Origin: Marsupella aquatica
Taxonomy: Eukaryota > Plantae > Marchantiophyta
NCBI GenBank assembly: GCA_973895155.1
Contig: OZ316895.1
Span: 1,300,435 to 1,364,434 of the forward strand
Reading direction: 5' to 3'
Length of the DNA stretch: 64,000 nucleotides
The notes under the pieces are model-generated. The model saw nothing but the letters and a program-made list of their open reading frames with translations, was not told the DNA's origin and searched no databases. Of this stretch, positions 25,790-39,000 are shown piece by piece. Each line of letters opens with the position of its first letter. Position 1 is the first letter of the stretch. The translations under genes were made by a program, and so were the position numbers.

Positions 25790-26100
25790 AGGTTCCAACA
25801 TTTTTAGTACCTTTTCCAGAAACTGTGAAGCAAAGTTTAGTAGAGTAATGTGAAAAAGGGAAAAGTATTGGACGATCGCACTTTTATATGACATGACAAA
25901 ACCTGGATACACCAGACTTCACCACTATTAGTACCTCTTCATGAAATTGTGGAGCAAAGTTTAATAGAGTACTAACTGAAAAAGGGAGAAGTGGCCATGA
26001 CAAAACGTGGAGCCAGTAGGTTTCACCATTTTTAGTACATTTTCCTGAAAATGTGGAGCAAAGTTTAGTAGAGTAATGTGAAAAAAGGAGAAGTATTGTA
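25790..26100. repeat. Degenerate tandem repeats (gcaaagttta(g/a)tagagta core x3)
   Basis: Repeated blocks at ~25830, ~25953 and ~26058. Confidence 0.7.
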
Positions 26101-26117
26101 TTTGTAAGTCTTCTAGA

Positions 26118-26328
26118 CTCAAGGGTTTTACTTTCACAAAAATGGTACATCACCTCCAACAAAGTATAGGGTCATTTTATTGATTCAAATGGAAGACTTA
26201 AGAATTTTCTGAGAAGAACAATAGGGTCTTTTAAATCCAATTTTGAGACTTATAAGAACCCCTATAAAGTTGGAATATTCTTGAAAATTCTTGGACATTA
26301 GGGTATTCCAACTAAGAATATTCCAACT
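26118..26328 (-). mobile_element. Truncated, degenerate copy of the 13124-13404 MITE
   Basis: ctcaagggttttactttcacaaaaatggtacatcac...agaacaatagggtcttttaaat.caattttgagactt matches the reverse complement of 13280-13404. The other end is missing. Confidence 0.65.
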
Positions 26329-28216
26329 AAGTTTTATGACACAACTATGTTACTATTTGTGTACTTAATTCAATGTGCCTTATGAAAATGTACCTTATGA
26401 ATGACACTCATTTCAAATAAAAACCAAGATTTTAGAAAAGAAAGACATGAAGGGAACGTAACACTATGTGTTTGAGTCATTCAAAATCATTTCTCTCACT
26501 CTTGAGAATACTCTGTTCAAGTAGTGGAGCATTTGGTTTCATCTCTGAGAGATCACAAACTTTAAAAGTTATAAAGGGGCTGCCAAAATAAATTCAAAGT
26601 TCTAGAATACTTAAAATTAAAGTGATCTAAAAATTAATTTAAAAATGATATGATATTTAGGCTGCCCCTTGATAAGGCACATTGAAAAAAAATACATGAC
26701 ACCAAAAATTTGAATAAGACAATGAGAAAGATGGATTCACCATATAGCAGCTTCAATAACAGTCTTTTCAGAGCAAATCTGAGGAGTGGAAGGGATGCTC
26801 CACATTTCCAGACAAGACTAGGCACTTGACGAGATGGAGACCCATAAAAGCGGTGTAGATATGTGTCATGCTATCAGACTATTCTTGGAGTTACTGTCAA
26901 AGAATTATGAAGTAGAACTGTAGTGGGAGAAGCTGCAGGCTCTTACAAACCAACAATTGCAAGGAGTCTGAGTCTCCTGTTGCAGTTCTGCTTGTAATTC
27001 TTGCAAGAACCAACGATTGCAAGGAGCACTGAAGAAACATTTTGAGTCTGAATCAAAGTGTTTGAAAGCCACGGAATGTACCAGCAAAGTACGAAAGGAG
27101 CTGGCAGCTGCCTCGCAGAACATGGCTCAACTACAATCAGCAAAGAATAAAAAAGGACCAATTGTTAGCAAAACTCGAGACAACGCGAAACAAAGCGGTA
27201 AATGATTTCGCTGACTTTGCGGCGCAGGAGGACAAAACTGTCAGGCTTGAAATCAGTCTCAAAAAATGTGAGAGTGAGAAGAGCGAACTCAATAATGATT
27301 ACAGGAAGGATGTCCTTATGCGCTGCAAAGTCATCGAAATCATTTACCGCTTTGTTTTGCGTTGTCCCGAGTTTTGCTGACAATTGGTCCTTTTTGGTCC
27401 TTTGCTGATTGTAGTTGAGCCACGTTCTGCTAGGCAGCTGCCAGCTCCTTTCGTACTTTGCTGGTACATTCCGTGGCTTTCGAACACTTTGATTCAGACT
27501 CAGAATGTTTCTTCTATGCTCCTTGCGATCGTTTGTTCTTGCAAGAATTACAAGCAAAACTGCAACGGGAGACTCAGACTCCTTGCAATTGCTGGTTTGT
27601 AAGAGCCTGTAGCTTCTCCCACTACAGTTCTACTTCATAATTCTTTGACAGTAACTCGAAGAATAGTCTGATAGCATGACACATATCTACACCGCTTTTA
27701 TGGGTCTCCGTCTCGTCGAGTGCCTAATCTTGTCTGGAAATGTGAAGCATCCCTTCCACTCCTCAGATTTATTCTGAAAAGACTGTTATTGAAGCTGCTA
27801 TATGGTGAATCCATCTTTCTCATTGTCTTATTCAAATTTTTGGTGTCATGTATTTTTTTTCAATGTGCCTTACCAAGGGGCAGCCTAAATATCATATACT
27901 TTTTAAATTAATTTTTAGATCACTTTAATTTTAAGTATTCTAGAATTTTGAATTTAATTTGGCAGCCCCTTTATAACTTTTAAAGTTTGTGATATCTTAG
28001 AGATAAAACCAAATGCTCCACCACTTGAACAGAGTATTCTCAAGAGTGAGAGAAATGATTTTGAATGACTCAAACACATAGTGTTAAGTTCCCTTCATGT
28101 CTTTCTTTTCTAAAATCTTGGTTTTCATTTGAAATGAGTGTCATTCATAAGACACATTTTCATAAGGCACATTGAATTAAGTACACAAATAGTAACATAG
28201 TTGTGTCATAAAACTT
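26329..28216. repeat. Long inverted repeat: ~900-bp arms (26329-27234 / 27311-28216) with a ~76-bp spacer
   Basis: The arms are reverse complements along their whole length with only scattered substitutions. Paired near-identical ORFs appear on opposite strands (26634-26825 vs 27720-27911; 26943-27161 vs 27384-27602). Confidence 0.95.
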
Positions 28217-28961
28217 GACTGTACTTTTCATTTGACAGTAATTTTCATTGGTCATTCTTTGATTTTCTTGCTCTCATATTTTATTTACTTTTAGATCATT
28301 ACAAGACAAAAAAATCAAGCATGTTCCAAAATGATCACTATATATATAGAAAAATTAAGAGAAAAAATCAAGCATGTTCCAAAATGATCACTATATATAT
28401 AGAAAAACTAACCCGTCCACACTCTGGTAGAAAGAAATCGAACAAAGGAAAGTTCTAACGGGATATTGTACAAATTCTGTAAACGGACCTCTGTAGTCAG
28501 CTTGTGGAAAAATCCGTCTAGTTCTCAACTACTCAATAAGCGCAAAGCATATTATGTACAGCTCCTACACCAATCTCAGTTTGCCTCCTGCACAGTTTTG
28601 AATCCTAAAATCAAGATTAGGAGAACAGACCTGAGATTGGAGAATCTGTGCGTCTACTCAATTTTCATCCAAGGAGAGTGTTGTTTTCGTTCATAATCAA
28701 TGCCTTTGTGGACAGCTGCAAGGGCACAACCTAGCGAAGCAGAGACTTATTCAGTAACTATTAGTTTGTGAAGTCTACCACGTAGGCGTGGACAGACAGC
28801 TTACTAGCTAGGATTACATTGATGACTTTATGTATACACACGTTGAAGCTTAGAATTAAAGTTGCTGAAACCGATCTGCACTGTAGAACTCTTTTCACAT
28901 GAAGGGCACATTTCGAAACCTCCTGTTCAATCATTTGGTATGGATAATCCCCTGATACTCC

Positions 28962-31900
28962 TCAACTTTTCCGTTTGTTTTTAAGCTCATTTGATGAAGA
29001 CAAGGGGTTGCTGTGCCAGTTGCGCTTGCGCTGGTTAATGAACCAGTTGTTCACCTGCTTCAGTTCGAGTCCTGTTTCTTGGATCAGACGTTCTTTCTCA
29101 TCCTCCTGCAACAATTGCCAGCATTTCAGCAAAATAATCGACACCAACGAAGGTATATAAAACGAAAACTTCAAGCCTGCCCAGTCGCTGAAATGGACTG
29201 GAACCTCACTCAGGTAAGTTTTTACAGTTAGGACAGTTTAATTAGCTCTGATGATTGATCAAGTTGCACAATGCAGAAGCAGGAGGCCGGTCAACTACTG
29301 ATTCTCAGATTGAAAAGTATACAGATCGGCGACGGATGTGCACGGACAAACACTTGAAACAAGTATCAGTGCTAAAGGACCGAGGTCATATACGACGTTA
29401 CATATGAACATCTATATAGCAGACTCAAATTGACAGACTATATGAATGCTGTGCAGGTTTGAGATGCAGTCAATATAAAGTATATATCGGCTAGATAGTT
29501 TGTAAGTGAAAGTAGGACAACGATGATTATCTAAGAACGATATATATATCATACGGAAGATGTATGCAGACACCAACGGATCAGTTGTGCTCTATGACTT
29601 TAAGCTCAATAAAACTGCGTTCACCAACAACATCACCTCACTGGAAAGGCGAGTATATTAAGCGAAAAATCTTCAGACCTATGCAAAGTCTCAATATTTC
29701 AAGTAAGAAATTCGGGAGTCGGGGCACATTTGTGATCTAAACGCTTTGTGCACAGTGACCCAAATCGCTTGGCGGCACGGGCTCAATATGAACATGTGAG
29801 CGTTGTAGGATTGAAAATTCGATCCGGTCACAAACATCTATATATAAGTTTTGGTGATAAGATACATCAACACAATCTATCCACACACAATCCATCCACA
29901 GTACGTACCATCCACCGAAAGGTTTTCTTTCGTAAGGATTTTCTCTTCTGTTGGACATCAGAATGCAAGATCTAGCATTCCAGTTTCCTACATGATGCAA
30001 AGGGGGCGAATCCAGTTGGCATTACTCGACAACAAGTCCAACAACGGAACAAAGATACGTGTTAGATGGATAATTCTGCTCGACTCTAGCAACCAACCAA
30101 ACCGTCAGGCCAAGCCCTTAGATATAATTGAGTACAGCTTGGCTGTTGAAAGACTAATTGGAATCACATCTCAAGTGAAGAAGCAGGAGTGGCGTTTAGG
30201 CGATGCGTGGCACTCACATGCTAAAGCTGGAATTCAGTTCTAACACCGAAAGGCCGGTTGTAGGTACATGATCCCTGATAAATTGATTAGAAGGTGAATT
30301 TATTGACGTCACTCGAGCCGTCACTGGTGCTAAGACTAAGTTTGATTGGATTTCCAGATAAATTCTAGCTAGCCACCGCTGCCCACTTTTTGCTCTTCAC
30401 TCGTGGAAACGTTGCACAGTGGTGACCCAAGTTCTGACAATTAACCCCAAAATCTGACTAAGATCTCCCAGACAATCTGTAGTTCGGTTTTTGAAGATTA
30501 CCAGTTCGCTGAGGTCACGAAGTGATCCTTTGACAAATGGAGCTTCACTGCAAACGTCAGGACCTGCTTGCAGATCAGTGATGCCCTTCGACACATCTTT
30601 TCCCGTCAGAAAGGGCAGCTACAGGCGAAATTTGTATGCAATATCTCCCAACTAGCATGCTGTCCGTTGGCAACGTTGATACTAAAGGCGGGGAAATGGC
30701 CCAAACTTGGAAGGGCCACCTGTTCACACGGTTGTCAAGCTAGGGGCAAGAACTAGATTACTAATTGCATGGGGGTTCTGCCAGGTAGAAAGAACAGTCA
30801 CTACGTATGTGAAATGCTTCACTATTATAGTACGTGTTGGACACTGGAGGCAAGACGCGTTCCCAAGCGTTCCTGGGCAAAGGCGAGAGGAAATCACTGG
30901 ATGATAATCCTCAAATTGTAGCACGTACTATGAAGGAACAAGCAGTGGTGTGGTAGCGCCAGACAGCCAGGAATCCATTCAATTCAATACAGGGACTCAT
31001 ACTACATTACCCTTCTATGTGGATCGGAACCTGTTACATGAAGATATAATTCTGTCTTGACTCCTCGCAGTAATTTCCGGTTTATAGATACTTTAGGTGG
31101 CCCGGTAACCCGTCGGTCCCCTGAAAAAAGTTCGACATTAACTCATAGGAGAGGGTACTTGAACGAATGAAAGTCTGGATGTACATACCGTGGGATAAGG
31201 CCACTTTGAGTGTGCATTCCACCAGGTTTTCAGCACTGCAGTTGTTCCTTCAGGTAATTTACCTGCCCTTCGTTTTCGAAGAATCTCCTCCCTCACGTCT
31301 ACGATCTTCTCCCTGTAACCTTGCTGAGCCAAACCAGTACAGATGGATCCGAATCAGGCTGATATTGCGCAAGTGATTATCAGACACCATAAAACGATCG
31401 ACTTTACAATAACCTCATGAACGAAAAAATACACGCTGCTGTGGATTTCTAAAATCAAACATAGATGATACGAATGATGACATCTAACGTATATCATGAA
31501 GAATTAGAGGACTACGCGAAGGATTGGTGGATCGATAAACTTGGGTCTTACTTCTTGATTGCATCATGCATGCTCAAAGTTGAAGAATTGTTTTGAGGGC
31601 TTTGAATTGGAATTCATCGAGTCTTGCCACTGCGCGCTGAGATTTGAACATTCCGGGGATTGTTTTTCAGATATCTCCTCGGATATCTCCTAAAGATCTT
31701 GAACGCTTGAACGGATCTACATCTCATTTTGATGAGACGTCTCTGACTAATTGAACCTATAGTACCGTAATCTCTAGACATTCCTGATAGATCTTTGGGA
31801 GCTCAACAGAAATGTAATTCACGGGGTGGACTCGGCCATTGTTGAGTCAGTTTCTGAATTAAGTTTCGCATCACATCAAGATTTGTCGAGAAGATTCATT

Positions 31901-34503
31901 GAAGATTCCGAAGTGATTTCGTCAAGAGCGATTCAGAGTTTTAAGACATCTAGACCCTTGCCGTACGTCGATCCATTTCAAGAACTGCGCAGCTTGAAGG
32001 AATAGCAATAGGCATTGTGGGTCCTTTGTTTCCAGAGATAGAGCCGCTCTCGCAGTGGAATATTCAGGAAACATTTGAAGGGGGGATCGTGCGTTTCAGA
32101 TATTTTCTGAAAACGTCCACTTCCGTCGAGAGAGTTATTCTCGAATGCGAGCTTCATACTTACATACTGTCGGGGTCATCGTCAAACCTGGACTTATCTT
32201 CCAGAAGACGATTTATTTCTCCAGACTCGGTGTGGAAAAATGTTTAGGGTCTAAACTTGCCTCATTCAGCTCAAGCTTCAGCTCCTGGCGAACGCGCTCC
32301 ATTAGAGAGCGCTCTGTTTCAGTGGGGACAAGCGGCCCGAAGCCGCCCGTACTGTCTTGCACGTCCAGCCCAGTTTCATAGCCCCCTCCATCACTTTCTG
32401 CGGCCTGTTCGTCGTCGTCATCAGACATTGTGGCGCCGTTTCCTGACCCCGGAGAAACTCCTATTCCAAGTTTAACCAAGAGACATTGAATTGGTGAACG
32501 ATTTGCATTGTAATCGGTGGCCTTGTAGCTTCGAATAGCTGAATCTTAGACCATCTCTCTCTTCGGACCATTCAGAATTCAAGAATATAGCTACGACGAA
32601 GCAAGATCCGTCGATCATACCGTCTTTTCCATCTTGTGCTATGTTAATTGTGATCATTGGTACAGAAAAACCATGGTGGATCTCACCAGTCAGGGTGTGA
32701 AATTGCTGCTCAAGTTCCCAGCAACCGACCATAGCTTCAGTCGCGTGCACTCTTACATGGTTTTGCAGCTGTTCCTGCATATTCAAGAGAATCATGGTGT
32801 AGTTTCTCTACACACATGGAGACAAATGACTTAGTTAGCGAAGTGAAAATCTCAAACATTTCCTTCGTAGATGGAAGCGCAAAGCGGGAGCACCCGTCAA
32901 AGTAACAGTAGATCCCGCGCAGAGTACATATTCACTTCGCAATTCTGAATTTCGAAGCTGTAATAACTATCCTTGGAACCTCAACGACGAGCTTAGCCTT
33001 CATCGCGTGTACATTATAATCTAATTCTAAGGCAGCTCTTGGTCCGTGTAGTTCTTACTTTTTAAATTGGGAAAGAGTTCAAACTACGGCCGTGTATCTG
33101 GGAACATCTTGTCAATCAATATCATGAGCTGTGATGCCAGAACCAAGGACGATATTTTAGGAACTAATGAATTTCAGTCGTGGGAATTTACCATGAAGTC
33201 ATCGAGCTCATCTTTATCCTCAATATCTTCTCCCTCCTCCGGAGCGAAGACGGAATATTTGTCTATAACAAGCTGAGATTGATTCAGCTGTTCGTCGATC
33301 TTCGGCAGTTGGTCGACTGGGGTGGCTATTTTAAGGCAGCCAACATGTGCTTGAAGCATCTGAGAAAACAAAGGGTGTGTGAGCAGCTTAGCCTTCAGTC
33401 TCGCCTCGTGCCAGTTCTTTATTCTGTCCACAGGAGGCAGGGACATGCTCTCGTCTCGCTCTTGTGCATGCAGCTCTCCTCCTGTATTCGAAGGATTTCG
33501 GGAACGTGCCTCGTTGCCTGTACCGCTCTCCATGTGAAGGCCCAGAATCACTCGCTGATGCTCTCTGCCTACAAATTAAAACGACAGTCCTGAAGTCAGC
33601 AGAAATTTTCTTGAAAATGATTTCAGACACGACGAGAATTCCCGAAGTAACCTAGCTAGCTTCGCAGGTTGACCGTGTCAGGAGCGCGCATCAACTACCA
33701 AATCTTATTTCGTATCAGTAGCCTCCGCTCCCCGGATGTTCGATCGCAAGAGAAGCAACCATCCAACTCGATGTTTTCGGGGATGTTTTTAGTTACATCA
33801 ATTTTTTCCACCTCGATTGGACGATTTGAATTCGCCGGTAAAAAGCTCAGTTCAAGGTGGGACAACCACTCGGCGAGCGTTATGATTGAAAAGTTTATTA
33901 ACAAACTGGCTGGATCGATGCCCCTGATTAGTTTCGTTGCCCACCTGGAATCTCCACGCTCGTGTCTTCTGGATGACTTGAGCCCATCGGAACAGCAGAT
34001 AACCAATCAGTGTAAGGGTGGTTTGCTGGAGAAGGTGAAGTTGTCTGCATGTTTCTGCACATGCAATGCGCACCACTGACTCCACAAGAAGAACACCATT
34101 TTCCCGACACCCGTCCGTGTGATTCGGAGACTGAAACCTGTGTCTGCTGCCTCATCAAAGCATTGCTTAGCCACGAGGGCGTGCCGACCTTGGGAAGCAG
34201 CTCATGCTTGTCGTCCTCGTCTTCGCGGAGCTCCTTCGAACTTTTTGCAGCGCTACTATCGTCAGTGATGGAGTCCGCCGGATGGACATCGAGACGTTGT
34301 ATCCCTCTACGGTCGTCCATATCTCTCCTACGATTCGTCGGCATCTCGCAAAGGGAGAGGTCAGGCAACTGGTGCTCCGTCTTCTCCAGCATGTGGCCCA
34401 GGCTGTCTGGGTCTGCCGACATTCTTTGCGAGTATCTTGAGCTTTCCCACAGCTCTGAAAACTGCTGCAAGGATCCGTCGTTCGCTAGATTATTGTATGC
34501 CAT
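28962..34503 (-). CDS. KNOX2: Class II KNOX (TALE homeodomain) transcription factor. 6 exons: 34503-33945, 33568-33192, 32807-32687, 32460-32261, 31323-31189, 29105-28962 (~511 aa)
   Basis: KNOX1 ([34 protein letters not shown]), KNOX2 (ELDDFM..Y...L....[23 protein letters not shown]), [23 protein letters not shown], and homeodomain [38 protein letters not shown], all diagnostic of class II. Intron 4 has a GC donor. Confidence 0.95.
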
Positions 34504-35398
34504 CGATTGAAGTTCCTCGAACACGTACACCTCGATCAGAACTTGGGTTTCAGCTTGGTTTCCAAGTACGTAGGAATGTTCAACTTCAAGCCCCAGATCG
34601 AGGTCATCCCTTCGGGAGGGACGTCCTGCACACAGGCGGGCTTGTTTTGATGTCAAAACATGAATGTCCTGACGACACACCTCGAGCTCAAGAATTCTGC
34701 AGACTACGGGAAACGGACAATAACTTCAATCGCAACACAATGCTCAGCCTGCAGTCATGGTGGGTAGACGTAGACGGGATTGATTGCTCCAAACGACGAA
34801 AGAGTTCGGGATCTTGATTTACGATGCCCAGACAGTCTGCACATGCTTCGGGATTCATTTGATAATTGTACCAGCAGCCGAAAGAGTTCCGGATCGTGAT
34901 TGAGAGAGACACATTGATAAGCATGATCTCCGACGGTTCTGTAAGGCAGTACAGCCTGCCGACGTCCGAATCAAGTACTGTAAATATACTGTGAATTCGC
35001 TGGTTTCGGGTATGCTCTCTCGATCAGTCGATCACCTTCTGCGGCCTTCAGGAAACGTGAAGGAGTGAATAATGTTTTATATTATGACTTCAGACTGCTG
35101 TCGAGACTGCGGTGGAGAGTGTACATCCAGTAATTGAAGTGTAAAGCGAGAGATGAATGATTGCGAGGACATCTTAGGAGGCGGAAAGAGTTCTGGACAG
35201 TGATTGACATTGACTAATTTATCAGCAGCTCTAATGGTGCTTTGAACAAGGCAGCCCACCGTCCTGCTCGTGTACTCGATCAAGGCACTGTCCGAGTGTC
35301 CTGTAAGTGGGTCTATCTAATCTAATGTAATCCAATCCAAGTAATATATAATCACCATGTGAACCTACTCTTGACCACCTACATATTTTTTTTAATTG

Positions 35399-35572
35399 AA
35401 TTTTTGTATCAATGGTGAAATCTGTGAAACCCCCATAGAAAGGGAATAGTTAGTCACCATAGTGAAACCAACCAAGTGATTTTTTTTTTTAAATTAAATT
35501 TTTGTATGGATAAATCTGTGAATCCCCCATAGAAAGAGAATAGTCAGTCACCATAGTGGAACCAACCAAGTG
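35399..35572. repeat. ~100-bp tandem duplication upstream of KNOX2
   Basis: aaatctgtgaa(a/t)cccccatagaaag(g/a)gaatagt(t/c)agtcaccatagtg(a/g)aaccaaccaagtga x2. Confidence 0.85.
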
Positions 35573-35591
35573 AACTACCACACGGCCATGC

Positions 35592-36027
35592 CACTCTGCC
35601 ATTCTCTCCCTAAATTAACCTCTAGCGTGAAGCCTCTTGGGGTGTAACCAAATTGGGGGTAGGATAGGAAAACAGAAATTGAGAGTAGCCTCTGGGGGTG
35701 TAACAAAATTGTGGGTGCAAAACAGGGATTGAAAGTCTGAAAGTAGCCTTTCTGGGTGTAACCAAATTGGGAGTGCTGGCGGAAAACACAAATTGAGAGT
35801 AGCCTTTGGGGCTGGGGGTGGAAAACAAGGATTGAGAGTAGCCTCTGGGGGTGTAACTAAATTGAGGGTGCAGGAGGAAACAGAGATTGAGAGAAGCCTC
35901 TAGGGGTGTATCTAAATTGAGGGTGCGGGCGGAAAACAGGGATTGAGTAGCCTCTAGGAGTTAAATTGGGGTTGCGGGCAGAAAACAGGGGTTAGGAGTA
36001 GGGTGAATCTTTGAAAATGGCATAGTG
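35592..36027. mobile_element. Non-autonomous CACTA (EnSpm)-type element filled with ~55-bp tandem repeats
   Basis: Left CACTCTGCCATTCTC; right reverse complement CACTATGCCATTTTC; 3-bp TSD TGC (35589-35591, 36028-36030). Internal array of gagagtagcctctgggggtgtaac.aaattg.gggtg....ggaaaacag (~7 units). Confidence 0.8.
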
Positions 36028-39000
36028 TGCACTATTTATACTTCCTAAAAGTGGTTCAGTGCAAGCAGTTGCAGGCCCAGATACAGTTCACTCTCTAAGT
36101 GCACACTCTCAGGAAGATAGATTTGGCATGCACTAAACCAGGTGTTGCATTCCTTGATAATTTTGCCTCCCCTAAAAAGTGCACTTAACAATAAGTGGGC
36201 TTGATTTATATTCCTTTGTTAAATTTAGAGCCCCTCTGTTAGTATCACCCTCATACTCTGTATCCCTGCCCTAATTATGTGCCCGCTCTCATTAAGTGCA
36301 TTTATACTGTACTAAGAATGGGCATGCATTCATCCATAAATGTAATTTCATGAATTTGTGCATTTACTGATAAGAGCATAGAGACACTTATCAAGAGTAA
36401 GCACTTATAAAGTTGTGATTTAGCTTAAGCTGACTGTATGAGGAACTTCTAACATAGAGTATCTTGAGGTGCAAAGTCTCTACTGTAAAATGCAAAGTCT
36501 CTTGCACTTGCACTAATCTAGAGAGTGGTTATTGTCTATAACTGCAACATTGTCTATAAGAACAATTCATTGGCACTATATTCTGGTGTAATGCAAATTG
36601 TGGATAAGTGCAACATAATTAGGGTCTTCTTCGCAAGACTTATGTAGGGTAGACTGTATGTCACTTGCCTGGAAAGATGAAGGAGGAGTTAAGTTGTACA
36701 TTATTGTTTACTGTATGACTGAGAACAGAGGATTATTGGAGTCAATTTTTACTCACTTTGCCACATAGTAGCTAAGGCCGTGGGACGTTGACACCTGCTG
36801 GGACTACAATAATTAAATGAGTGCCTGAACTTTACTTTAGTATTGCAATAGGGACCCAAAATGGCTCCAGAACATATTGTCAAAAAAGTATGAACATATT
36901 AAAGATATTAGTTCAGATTATTGTAACCACAGCTTTGGTCACGGGCCTGGTTGCTATTGTCTTGTGGCCCCTTTGACCAGACATCTCGGTAATCTCCCAG
37001 GTGGTGCCATTGTGTAATGTTCATTTGTCCAAAACAGTCTTCTGGTAACAATATGTTTCCTGTGAAACATTCGTTTGCTAGGTGGTCTCCAAGACCAGTG
37101 AAGGCCATTGCACTACCAAGATCAAACTGTTACATGAACACTGTTTCCTTTCCATGAAGCATTTTTTTGGAAACATTGCTAGAGCGGATGTAGTAAAGTT
37201 TCCTTCTCAAGTACGTAAAGCACTCACTTTGACAAGTCTGTCCACCAAGAAATTAAGAGTTTGATCACAAAAGCCATGACTGAATTAATATTCTTCCTCC
37301 TATGTGAGAGTATTTTGCATCTCCCATTTCAGGAAACTGGTATTTTCACTATTCCCAATTACATTTTTTCTTGTAAATTTGGAGAATTAAACTAGTTGAG
37401 TGCACTACTTGAGATTATTGAACCCTCAAAAAACATGTTCCAGCTTCAAGGCCCTACTGCTATTACCCATTTCACTTCAATCCTTAATCAACGAAGAGAC
37501 AAGAACATGATTTGGCTCTTCCTCTCTGGGAACGGGTCTGGAACAAACAAACAGGCAAAGATGGCCAAGGCATGACAAAGAGACCCAGTCTGGAAGGTCA
37601 GGACACATCACTTCTCTCACGGTCCACTGGGAACTAAGAGAAGGAACCCTGCATGTTTCTCCCAAGCATGAAGCACCAACCACTCCAGCAATAAACCCAA
37701 AACACCAACTCTTCTTGTCTTAAAAATGACTCTACATGTTTCAAAAGAACACAAACCCTGCCCCAAACGCCCGTTCCTGTGTGGGGAAGCTAATTAATAC
37801 TTGAAAGGAAAATTGTTCTTTTAGCCATTGAACATATTTCCACTTGGCCAATGTCTGCGCACCGGATCAAGTGCTGGCGTTGCAAATATGTCAGCAAATT
37901 TAAGAGATTTAAATTGATATTATGTACAATAGGATTTAAGATGGGCATCTAGTCCTATTCATGAACGCTTAGCTTGTGCCTGGGGTCCTCATTTCTTTTC
38001 TTCTTGGACCAACCCATCGCGCATGCATAAGTTAGGAGTTTTTTTGGTTCAACAGGGCGGAATACTTATAAGAAGATTAAGGGTCTTGTAATAATATTTT
38101 GAGAATTATAAGAACTATATGGGTTTTTAATACCAGATTTGGGAGTCTTCCTAGAATATCCCATAAACTTACAGGTTAAAATAGTAAATAGTTTATTTTT
38201 TTATAAGTTTTAGCGTGTTTATTGCTTGAAAATTTTGCCCGTAATACAGGATCTCCCTTGGAGTGAGGCCCTTGAGAGTTTGTGAAATATGACTTGGTTC
38301 TAGCCATTAGCATTGTGATGGGATGTCCTTTACTTCCTTTCATCAGCCAGTGGAAGTTAGTGGGAAGAAGATAGGACAAATAGTGGGTTTTCCTCAACAA
38401 TGTCTTAGCTTATGCCTCAATGAATGTTCTACCTTGTCTTCATTGTGACAACCTGAATGCTATTTTAGAGAAGAAAATCTCACTGGAAGATGGTGAGGAT
38501 GGATGTACGGTAATGAATCCCTGGAAGTGCCATAATGGCACTGTCAGGCTGTCCAGATCTACTGCCTGCCGCTTGCTGCCCTAGCCCTTGCCCTGCACAC
38601 AGTGCATAGATCAAAATATTAGCAATGGGACCACTCTTTTGTCCAGCCAACAGGCTGCGGGTAAATGGTAGATCATCTGAGAGGTGAGGCTAAGGTTCTG
38701 AGTTTGAATCCCCCCACATGAGGCTCTTCCCTTTTGACACAACCCCACCCAAAACAGATTTCAGACAAATGATTGACACTTAGCAAAAATATGACATGAT
38801 TTTGACCACTATTGCAAGCAAAGCCCGGTTCAAATACAAATGCCATTAATGCACTTCCAGTGATGGAGATGGAGGAAGTGAAGACCACATTCCCAAAATT
38901 ATTTCAATATTAGTTAACTTGTAAAAAACTTGTGTACAAACTGAACATTTCAACTTACAACTCAAAACCTGAGTGTATGTTTCCTTCTCTATAATTGAGT

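Noticed and set aside
26634-27911. Pairs of duplicated short genes on opposite strands
   Set aside because: They are mirror ORFs generated by the palindrome, and the likely original frame has stops and frameshifts.
34504-34680. 59-codon in-frame extension upstream of KNOX2 MAYNN
   Set aside because: Starts at a non-ATG codon and lacks homology. MAY/MAF is the usual class II KNOX start.
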